Assembly (NCBI GenBank): GCA_000388065.2
Contig: KB932201.1
Length of the DNA stretch: 13,199 nt
Reading direction: 5' to 3' (one strand)
From: Fonticula alba ATCC 38817
Taxonomy: Eukaryota > Protista > Nucleariida
Every line of letters begins with the position of its first letter. The first letter of the stretch is position 1. The notes under the pieces were generated by a model, which searched no databases, was not told the origin of the DNA, and saw only the letters and a list, made by a program, of their open reading frames with translations. Made by a program: the position numbers and the translations under genes. This document shows positions 1-8,501 of the stretch, piece after piece.

Positions 1-19
1 CCCCCCCCCCCGCCCCCAG
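1..19 (+). other. 3' end of an intron (poly-C tract and AG acceptor) of gene 1
   Basis: C11-G-C5-AG followed by GCGAG, the same exon start (AG|GCGAG) and phase as the gene 2 acceptor at 4833/4834. Confidence 0.8.
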
Positions 20-1617
20 GCGAGGCGCTGCATAATCACCACTGCTACCCGGCCCTGCGCCGGTGCCTGCGCGCCCGGCACAATGGCACCACCATCGAGT
101 GCCTGCAGTACCAGGGGCAATACCACATGGTCGAGGGGTATGCCTACCTGCCGAGCGAGCTGCCCGACCGGAAGCTGGTCGGCGGGGAGCTCCTGCCCCA
201 GGGCCCGGAGCACTGCTGGCAGGCCACCCCCGGCAACAGCAACCTCTGCGACGTCTGCCGGCACCAGGCGGCCCCGAATGGCAAGTGCCGGCCGGCGGTC
301 CAGCCGGTGACCAACTGCACGGCCCTGGCGCATGAGCACATCAATGAAGACTGCTCGAGCTGCGCCTGGGGCAACCTCCTGACCCCGGAGCGCCGGTGCA
401 TCTCCAGCTGCTACTCCAGCGGCAGGGCGACCTGCGGCAATTTCTGCTTCCCGCCGGGGGTCCTGCCGGATGGCTTCTCCTGCGCGGCCTGGGCCATGCG
501 CGACAATTCCCAAACCCAGTACACCTCGCTGGGCCACCCGTCGAACCACCACCTGCTCAAGTGCAGCCGGCCCGGCTTTTGCATCGACTGCCACGACAGC
601 TGCGAGGACTGCGTCGGCCCCGGGGACCGGGACTGCCTCCGGTGCCCGGCCGGCCGGATGCTGCTGGTCAGCCGGCGCCGGACCATCGACGGGCAGCGGA
701 TCTACGCCGGGACCTGCATCCGCGGGGCCCGGAGCCCCGACGGCGGGGACCACCCGTCCGGGCCCATGCGCTGCCCACCGACCACGGCCGACATCGGCAA
801 CAACATGTGCGTCCCCTGCGCGCAGGGCTGCCACACCTGCGGCCAGCCCGCCACCAGCCAGTGCCAGCAGTGCATGCGCGGGCTTTTCCTCATCCAGGGC
901 GGCCGGTGCTGGCCCAGCTGCCCCGCGGCCGGCACCTTCAAGGACTCGCTCACCGGCCGGTGTGTGGCCTGCTCGGTGCCCGGGTGCGGCCGGTGCCCGG
1001 CCGAGAACCCCGGCGTGTGCACCGCCTGCGCCGACCCCGCGCACAAGCTCCACCAGAATGCCTGCGTCGGGGACTGCCCGCCGGGCATGTTTCCCCTGGC
1101 CGGGGCCTGTGTCCGGTGCCCGGCCGAGTGCCGCGCCTGCACCTCGCTCGCCTGGTGCACCGAGTGCGCGGCCGGCTTCTTCGGGCATGAGGGCCGGTGC
1201 CTGCCCCTGTGCGGCCCGGGCCGGCTGTGGGACAGCACGGTCATCCCGGGCACCGGCAGCGGCTGCGACACCTGCCACCCGAGCTGCGCCTCGTGCCTCG
1301 GCAGCACGGGAAACTGCCTCGCGTGCGGGCCCGGCCGGCGCCTGGTCCTGCCCAGCCACCCGGCCGAGGCGCAGGCCTGCACCCTGGCCGACGCCTGCCC
1401 GGCCGGCTACTACCCCTCCGGCGGCCAGGAGTGCCGGGCCTGCCTGGACCCCAACTGCCAGGACTGCCCGACGGCCGAGCGTTGCTCTCGGTGCCGGGCC
1501 GGCTTCAGCCTCTTCGGCGACTTGGAGTGCTTCGCCTCCTGCCCGGAGGGCTACCACAGCCAGGGGGGCGTGTGTGTCCCGTGCGCCGGCGACGCATGCG
1601 CCCCGGCCGAGCCCTGA
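20..1617 (+). CDS. Gene 1: cysteine-rich furin-like repeat protein, terminal exon (signal-peptide exon lies upstream of the window)
   Basis: The frame of ORF 127-1617 is open back to the acceptor and reads (G)EALHNHHCYPALRRCLRARHNGTTIECLQYQGQYHMVEGY, aligning with gene 2 GETAYSGGCYPALRRC. Six complete FU repeats (CHDSCEDC, CAQGCHTC, CSVPGCGRC, CPAECRAC, CHPSCASC, CLDPNCQDC) plus a stub of a seventh. NGT and NCT sequons. TGA at 1615-1617. Confidence 0.9.
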
Positions 1618-1635
1618 CGACGCGGCGGCCCCCGC

Positions 1636-1659
1636 CGCATGTGCGCCGGCGCACATGCG
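1636..1659. repeat. 24-bp perfect palindrome in the 3' flank of gene 1
   Basis: CGCATGTGCGCC|GGCGCACATGCG is its own reverse complement. Confidence 0.95.
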
Positions 1660-3566
1660 TGTCCGCATGCCACGGATGTGCATATGTGCAGGGCTGTGCG
1701 TGCGTCCATGTCGGGCGACTGTGTCGGGTTGTGCAGAGACACCGACCAGCAGGCTGGCAGGGCGCACGCCGCGCTCCCGGACCGCCGGCGCCCGGCCGGC
1801 CGGCCCCCCCCCCCCCCTTGCCCGCATCCAAGTTGAACAGGCCCAGGGGGGAGGGGGGAACTGTCAATACAAGAGCCATCGATCAAGGCCCCCGCCCTGT
1901 CCCTGCGACGCCGGGTGCCGGCTTCGCGTGCTGGAGAGCACGCCCAGTCCCATCAGCGCAGGCACATGTGCCCGAACACCGACGAGGGAGGCATCAGAAG
2001 GGGGGGGGGACGCTCCGACAGGGACGTGGGCCCGGCCACCCGGGGGGCGGCCCCGCCACAGGCGCCGGCCGGTGCGTCGGAATTGTGCCGGAGTCCGAGC
2101 GCACAAGTGGGGGCCATCCCCCCGGTGCCCGGGGGGCCTGCCCGCGTGCCCGGCGGCGCCGGCATGATGTGGCGGCCCCCATAGGGCCGCTGTAATGGAC
2201 AGGGGGGGGGGGAGGGGGCCATCGGCCGCAGGACATGCCAATGGGCGGCGGGTGCCATTCGCCGGGGCTCGGGCCCCGGGGCCGGGTGTGTCTTTCCCCG
2301 GGCCGGCGGAGCTCGACAGGCTGGGCCCGGGGACATGCCCGATCGAGCGGCGGGCGCGCACCGGTGGCCGGGCTTCGGCCGGGCGGCCGGCATTTCAGGG
2401 GGCACGCATGGCCCCGGCCGGGCCCCGGCCGGGCCCCATGCCGGGCTGTGTCCGCACTGCCCGGGGGAGGACGGGCCCTCTTCCCCCGACCCCCGAGCTC
2501 CCTCCCGGGCAAGGCACCCGGCAGCCCGGGGCGCCACCAGATCGGGCCGCCTGCCCTCGGCCGGCGTGGCGTGGATCCGCGCGGGGCAGGGTCGACGGTG
2601 GTCGCCCCATGCCGGCGGCTGCTGCCGGCCGGACTGCGGGGCAGGCCGGCGCGCGTCGGGGGCGCGAGCCTGCTCGGCCCCCTTTTTCGCCCGGGCTCGC
2701 TGCAGCACGGCGGGTCCCGGGCACGGAGCGCTGCCCGGCGCCGGCCCCCGAAGGATCGCACCATGCGCGCGTCCCGTCAGGAGGCATGCGGCCGGGCCAC
2801 CGGGCGCATGCGCAGGCCCGCGGGCCGCCGGATTCCGGCTGTGCGCAGGGGCTTGTCGCTCGATCGGCCCTGCCGGCGCTGGGCATCCGTGTATAGCGTG
2901 CCGCCGGGGGCGAGAAGACCTCCAGGGGGGGAGGGCCGAAGGTTCGCTCGCGGATCGGGGGCCGATCTCGGGCCGCGGCCGGCACCTGCCCGGGGTGTCG
3001 CGCTGACATGGCGGCCCGTGCGGCGGCGAGCCCGGCTCCCGGGGGGCCTGGGCGCGTGAGAGCCCGCCACTGGCAAACTGGCAAGCGTCCCCTTCCATTG
3101 CCGGGGCACGGGCTTCCTCCCGGGCTGCCGCTCTGCTCCACCTCGCCCTGGCCGAAGGCCGTGGGCCGGAGTCGCGCAACGCCGCCCCCTGGCCATGCCG
3201 CACGGGCCGGCCAGAGGCCGTGCGTGCCTGGCGTCGCTCGGGCCGGGCCAGACCACACCGGGCGCCGTGCACCTCCGCCCACCCGGGAACGGAGCAGGGC
3301 CACCGCCCGGCCGCGGGGGCTCCCCCCTCGCCGGCCCCTGTGCCCGATTGGGCCGGACGGAGCCCCATGATCATGCCCGGGGCTCCGGCCCCCGCCCCGC
3401 CCCCCTGCCCCCTGCGCCACCGCACCAATCCGAAGGAAGTATGCGCAAGATGCTGGCCCCTGCCCGGCAACGGGCCCCTCGCCGGGCCCTGGCATGCCGC
3501 ACGTCCCGGCCCCTGGGTGCTCGCAAGGAGCGCATGACCCCGGGTCAGGTCCCCCTCGGTCGGCGG

Positions 3567-3576
3567 NNNNNNNNNN
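3567..3576. other. Assembly gap 1 (10 N)
   Basis: Run of 10 N; true size unknown. Confidence 0.99.
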
Positions 3577-4169
3577 TGGCGCAGCTCCTGTGTGAGAGGC
3601 CGCCGCATGCATTGTTTGGGCGCGAGGGGAGGGGGTTGCCCCTGCGGCTGCCGCAACGACCGCGCCCCCGCCCCCTCCCGACTGTGGCTCGCCACACGGG
3701 AGCAACCGGCTGCAGGGCGGCGGTGCTGCCAGCCGGCATCGGCCCCAGGTGTGGGGCGTCCATCACGACGAGGCCCCTCCCTTTGTCCCTCCCCGCCCCT
3801 GTCCCGCCACCGCCGGCGTCCGTGTGGCCTCCATCGGGTCGGTGTGGCCGACGCCGTCCCGTGGGCCGGGCGCGCGAGCGCGCAGCCACACAGGGGGTGA
3901 CAGTGCGCCGACCCGCGTCCCGAGGCCGGCCCGGAAGCCCGGGCGCAGGACGCCGCGCGTCAGGTGCCCCTGCTTGGACGCGCACCCGGCCGGGCCAACA
4001 CCCTGCCCACACGCCTCCCAGCTGGGACTGCCCCCTGTGCATGCGGCCAGGTGTGTGCACGCCTGTGCGAGGGGGCCCATGTGCCCGGATCGAGGGGCGG
4101 CGCTCCCGGGCGGGCGCACTGCCCCAGCTAGGGATCTATCCTCGGCTCTTCGGCGGGAGCCTGCATGGG

Positions 4170-4201
4170 CCGCCCCGCCTCGGCGAGGGCCAGTTATAAA
4201 G
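4170..4201 (+). promoter_or_regulatory. Putative core promoter of gene 2: GC box and TATA box
   Basis: CCGCCCCGCC at 4170-4179 (reverse GC box) and TATAAAG at 4195-4201 in a very GC-rich background. I found no ATG between about 4210 and the start at 4546. Confidence 0.6.
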
Positions 4202-4300
4202 ATGCACCTCGGCACACGGGGCAGCCGGCTCCGATCGCCACCGCGCTCCGAGCCAGCTCCACCGCCCAACCTCCCTGCTGGACCGCCAGCCAACACCCAC

Positions 4301-4402
4301 ACGCACAATCGCGCACCCACACACAGAGACAGACATCGACCGGTACACACTTACACAGGGCCCTACCCACACGCACAATCGCGCACACGCACAATCGCGC
4401 AC
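4301..4402 (+). repeat. Three copies of the 16-mer ACGCACAATCGCGCAC in the C/A-rich putative 5' UTR
   Basis: Exact copies at 4301-4316, 4371-4386 and 4387-4402 (also at +7810). Confidence 0.9.
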
Positions 4403-4545
4403 ACAGGCGCACACGCCCGGCCAGCATCACACGAAGTGCGCACGCACGCACGCGCCCACCCATCTGGCCCTTGCCGCCGCCGCGTCGCGGGCCCGTGCCG
4501 TCTGCACGCCAGCCACCCGGGGCCCGGCCCTCGCGCCTGCGTCTC

Positions 4546-6782
4546 ATGCCTGCCGCGGCCATGCCCGGCGGGGGTGCCGCCGCCCCTCGGCAGACCCCCC
4601 TGCTCGGACTGATGGTCATGCTCCTGGCCAGCCTCATGGCCCTGGCCGCCGGCCAGCAGCCGGCCCTGCCGACCAGCGACTATTGCAATGGCCCAGGTGC
4701 GCCAGGGCCCACGAAGCCCCCGCGGGCAAGGGACCATGCCTTTTCCCGTGCCCCGGCCCCGCCGGCGGCCGGCCGCGCCGACTGACACCCGCCCCCCCCC
4801 CCCTGTGGCACCGGGCTGGCGCCGCGCCCGCAGGCGAGACCGCCTACTCCGGGGGCTGTTACCCGGCCCTGCGGCGCTGCCAGCGGTCCATCTACACCCA
4901 GGCCGACCTCATCTGCACCCAGTACAAGCCGGAGTACCACACGGTCGATGGGTTTGGCTTCCTGGCGGAGGAGCTGCCGGACCTGGCGGTATCCGGGGCC
5001 GGGCTCGTGCAAATCGGCCCGGCCGACTGCTGGAACGTGGTGCCCGGCAATTACCGGCGGTGCGCCGTGTGCCGGTTCCAGGCGGCCGGCGACGGCCTCT
5101 GCCGGCCGGAGCCCCTGGCCCATGCCCAATGCACGGCCCTGGCCCACCCCCACATCAATGAGGACTGCGCGGCGTGCGCGCCCGGGCACTGGCTGGACCT
5201 GGACCGCCGGTGTGTCGACACCTGCCCGGCGGCCAGCCACCTCGCCTGCGGGGCCCACTGCATCCCGCGGCACCGGGTGCCGGGCGGCTTCGAGTGCGCC
5301 GCCTGGCCCATGGCCACCATGGCCCCGTCGGACGATGAGCCGGCCGGCCGGCCGGAGCACCGGCACCTGCTCCGGTGCAGCGCCCCGGGCGTGTGCTTCC
5401 AGTGCCACGACACGTGCGACGAGTGCGCCGGGCCCGGGCCGAAGGACTGCACCGCCTGCCCGGCCGGGCGCTTCCTCCTGGCCCATGGCGCCAAGGACTT
5501 CCCCCAGGCCCGGGTCCATGTGGGGGCCTGCATCCGGGGGTACCATGCCAGCGGCGACCCGGCCGGGCCGGCCGGCTGCCCGGCCACCACGGCCAACACC
5601 GGGCAGGACGTGTGCGTGGCCTGCCGGCAGCACTGCCGCATCTGCGACCCGGCCAACCCGGGGCACTGCCTGTCCTGCCTGCGGGGGTTCTTCGCCCGGC
5701 CGGATGGCACCTGCTCGGCCACCTGCCCGGAGGGCACGGCCAAGGACTCGCTCACCGGCCGGTGCATCCAGTGCCTGCCCGGGTGCGGCAAGTGCGCGTC
5801 CGAGAGCCCGGAGGTGTGCATGCGCTGCGCCGACCCCGGCCAATCCCTCCACCACAACCTCTGCCACACCAGGTGCCCGGCCTTCTTCGTGCACGGGGAC
5901 CATGTGTGTCGCAAGTGCCCGGCCAATTGCTTCCGCTGCTTCAACCCGCTCTACTGCGACATCTGCAATGAGGGCTACGACCCGTATGGCTTCGAGTGCG
6001 TGTCCTACTGCGGCGGCGAGTGGTTCTACGACGAGTCGCTGCCATCCAACATCCGCGGCTGCAGCCAGTGCAGCTCCAACTGCGCCACGTGCGACAACTT
6101 CGCCGACAACTGCAAGACCTGCCCCCCGGGCAAGTTCCTGGTCCAGGGCCGCAACCAGCAGGAACGCCGGTACTGCGCCGATGCCTGTCCCCCGGGCACG
6201 TACCGGCCCTCGACCGATCGCCAATGTGCCCCCTGCACCGACCCCCAATGCGCCTCCTGCACCGGGGCCCACCAGTGCCTCGAGTGCCGGCCGGGGCACC
6301 TGCTCTTCGCCGGGTCCCGGTGCCTGCTCGCCTGTCCGCAGGGCTTCCGGGCCGACGGCCACCAGTGCGCGCCCTGCGATGGCTCCTGCGCCACCTGTGC
6401 CAATGGCCTGCAAGAGGGCTGCCACCAGTGCACGGCCGACCCGGCCGGCGGGGCGCCCCTGCTCAAGCACCTGCAAGCCCCGGACGCCGATGTGTCGGCC
6501 CCGGGCCGGTGCGCGCCCGACAGCCTGGCCCAGCCCGGCTGGGGGCTCCTCTTCCAAAACCAAAAGGCCCGCTATGTGGTCCCCTGTCCGGAGCATTGCG
6601 CCAGCTGCCTGGTGGAGCATCCCCACGAGCCGGGCCTGCGGGCGCTGCGCTGTGTGGCCTGCCTGCCCGGGCATGCGCTCAGCTCGGATGGGCGGACCTG
6701 CGTCGCGGACCCCGTGCCCCCGGTCGACGAGTCCCTCTCCGGCTCCGATGGCGGTGCTGCCACCTCAGGCCCGAGCGATTGA
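4546..6782 (+). CDS. Gene 2: secreted cysteine-rich furin-like repeat protein, join(4546..4696,4834..6782), 699 aa
   Basis: Exon 1 encodes MPAAAMPGGGAAAPRQTPLLGLMVMLLASLMALAAG/QQP (hydrophobic core, AAG-Q cleavage-like site; alternative ATG at 4561). The splice G|GC restores the frame into the long Cys-rich ORF, 2100 nt in total. Eight FU-like repeats, the last two with 6 Cys. Ends in a hydrophilic acidic tail, TGA at 6780-6782. Confidence 0.9.
4697..4833 (+). other. 137-nt phase-1 spliceosomal intron of gene 2
   Basis: Donor AG|GTGCGC, branch-like ACTGAC at 4781-4786, C12 at 4792-4803, and the first AG after the branch site is CAG at 4831-4833. Splicing joins the signal-peptide frame to the Cys-rich frame. 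Confidence 0.85.
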
Positions 6783-7261
6783 GGTGGCGCGCCGGGCTGG
6801 CCTTTGCGCAGGGCGGCGAGGGGTTCGGGGGGGGGGCTGCCCTCTCTTCCGGCACTCCTGGCGAGGCGTGCGCTCGGGCTCGCCGGGCCGGAGGCCGCCG
6901 GCCGAATGAAACCCGGCCCGCTGTCCCCCCCCCCCCTGCCACATGAGCGGCCTCTCGTCGGCGGCATTAGCAACACACTGCCTCCCTGGGGAATGCACCA
7001 GCTGCCACACGAGCACGGCCTCTGGCCCTTTTTTTATTCCGCAATATACGGGGCACAGAGCCGACACCCGGGGCGGTGAAACGCCAGACCGAGGGCCAAG
7101 AGGGCGCGCAGGGGGGCGAGACAGACCGAGGGTCGGGGCCGGGGAGCCATCCGGCACCGGGCGGCAACCGACGTCGGCCCCGGGGACCAGCACCTCGCGA
7201 GGCGGGCGGTAGCCAGGGCCCGACACGGGCGACCCTCCCCGACGTCAGACACCAGCCATGG

Positions 7262-7307
<46 letters not shown>
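7262..7307. repeat. (GGCT)11 microsatellite
   Basis: Eleven perfect GGCT units plus GG. Confidence 0.97.
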
Positions 7308-7591
7308 TCGGCCGCGGAGCCCCCTCGGCCGCTTGTTGCTTGCCTGCCCTGGCGCATCTCCCACAGGAGAATCGGATCATGGGTGCCTTTTTTTCTTTCC
7401 TTTTTTTTCCTCGCGTCGACACCCGGCCCAAGCATGCATCGGCCATGCCGACGCGCGAAGCGCCGCCGGCCGCATCCGCCAAAGGCCCGAGGAGGACGCG
7501 GGAACCATGGCGCCGGAGACCGGGTGCATGCTCGCGCGCATCTCTCCCCTGCCCCTGAGGGCGGTGGGCGGTCAATCTAGCCCCTGGGGCA

Positions 7592-7609
7592 GGGGGGGGG
7601 GGGGGGGGG
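7592..7609. repeat. G18 homopolymer
   Basis: Directly read. Similar runs: C14 at 1804-1817, C12 at 7941-7952, C23 at 11314-11336. Confidence 0.9.
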
Positions 7610-8128
7610 CTCATCATCCCGGCGGAGCACCCTTGTGCCGCCCACGCGTCATGGTGTTGCCTAGCCCCATGGCTCCGCCATCGAACGCCGCCACTCCGCG
7701 GCCGGCGACACACCAACGGGCTGGCATGGACAGAGTGGTCCGTCTCGGGCTGCAGGCGCAAAAGGCAGGCCACCTCGCAAGCATTGGCATGTGCCCCGGC
7801 CCGGCAGGCAGCCCGCGCCTCCTTTGCCCACAGGACCGGCACTCGCCGGGGTCCGCCGATGGGCCGGCCCGAGGCGCGCGCGCACTATGGCACACCCGGG
7901 CCCGGGGGAACTCAGCGCCCGGCGCGGCTCTCCCGACCATCCCCCCCCCCCCGGGGGGGAGGGGGGGACATGCGTCCTGGCCCGGGACACAACGGACCAG
8001 CCTCCACCCGCGGACCCGTGCCAATGCGCCCCGCCCCGACAGAGGACCAACCCTCGGACACGGGCGCCTGCCAGGTCGCCGGAGGCGTCCCCTGGCCGGC
8101 GATGGGTGCCCGGAGCTCTGCCCCCGGG

Positions 8129-8153
8129 GCGCGCACGCGCGTGCGCGCGCGCA
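8129..8153. repeat. 20-bp perfect palindrome within a 25-nt alternating purine-pyrimidine tract
   Basis: GCGCGCACGC|GCGTGCGCGC at 8129-8148; the alternation continues to 8153. Confidence 0.9.
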
Positions 8154-8491
8154 GCTGTCATCCCGACCGCCTCTGGCAGGGCATCCGGTCAGACACCCGG
8201 AGCCCGGAGATGCCCCGGTGCCGGGGGCCCGCAGGCGAGCGGCCAGGCCCCCGGCTGGACTTGCATGCCGGACCGGCCCCTTCGCCTTCCGAGGGACCAG
8301 GGCAGGGAAGGCCACCCATGCGCTCTCCGGGTGGATGTAACCGGCGACCGTGCGGCCCCCTCCGTGAGGTGGGTCTCCTGGCCTCGCGAACCGGCATCGC
8401 CACTGGCCCCCACCCGGCCGGGGTCCTGAGACAGGCGGCAGCCCGCTGTGGCTCCGAGCCGGGCCGATCCTCGCCAGGGCGCCGGCCCACG

Positions 8492-8501
8492 NNNNNNNNN
8501 N
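8492..8501. other. Assembly gap 2 (10 N)
   Basis: Run of 10 N immediately before the gene 3 coding sequence. Confidence 0.99.

Larger units (their letters stand above)
3577..5389 (+). repeat. Copy 1 of a 1813-bp exact direct repeat (upstream region, exon 1, intron and start of exon 2)
   Basis: No mismatch found on line-by-line reading against 11387-13199. The ORF track gives identical translations at offset 7810 (e.g. 3749-4612 vs 11559-12422). Confidence 0.97.

Noticed and set aside
1581-1846. Possible intron (GTGCGC at 1581, C14 then AG at 1832 or 1840) extending gene 1
   Set aside because: These joins give an immediate stop or non-Cys, non-homologous sequence.
2191-2195. TGTAA (green-algal poly(A) signal) at 2191 and 8336
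   Set aside because: Inconsistent distances from the stops and none seen after gene 3; a 5-mer is expected by chance.
2884-2957. tRNA-like stretch with GGTTCG and ATCCG/CGGAT pairing
   Set aside because: No T-stem pairing, no conserved A58 and no D or anticodon arm.
1953-3695. Long spacer and alternate-frame ORFs (1953-3695, 470-2167, 4948-6909, 7258-8340, 10079-11515 and others)
   Set aside because: Pro/Arg/Gly/Ala-rich translations typical of stop-poor GC DNA, with no recognisable domain; several cross gaps or repeats.
4165-4785. ORFs 4165-4785 and 4683-6782 as separate genes
   Set aside because: Explained as exon 1 running into the intron, and exon 2 extended to a non-ATG start.
4851-4862. 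GGCY motif suggesting a Giardia-type VSP
   Set aside because: Gene 1 has HHCY at the same place, there is no C-terminal TM or CRGKA tail, and the genes have introns.
4546-6782. Furin/PCSK protease or receptor kinase call
   Set aside because: Only Cys-rich repeats are present; no subtilase, P, TM or kinase domain.
8448-8491. GTG start MAPSRADPRQGAGP for gene 3
   Set aside because: Frame continuity across an arbitrary 10-N gap is meaningless; no homology or signal peptide.
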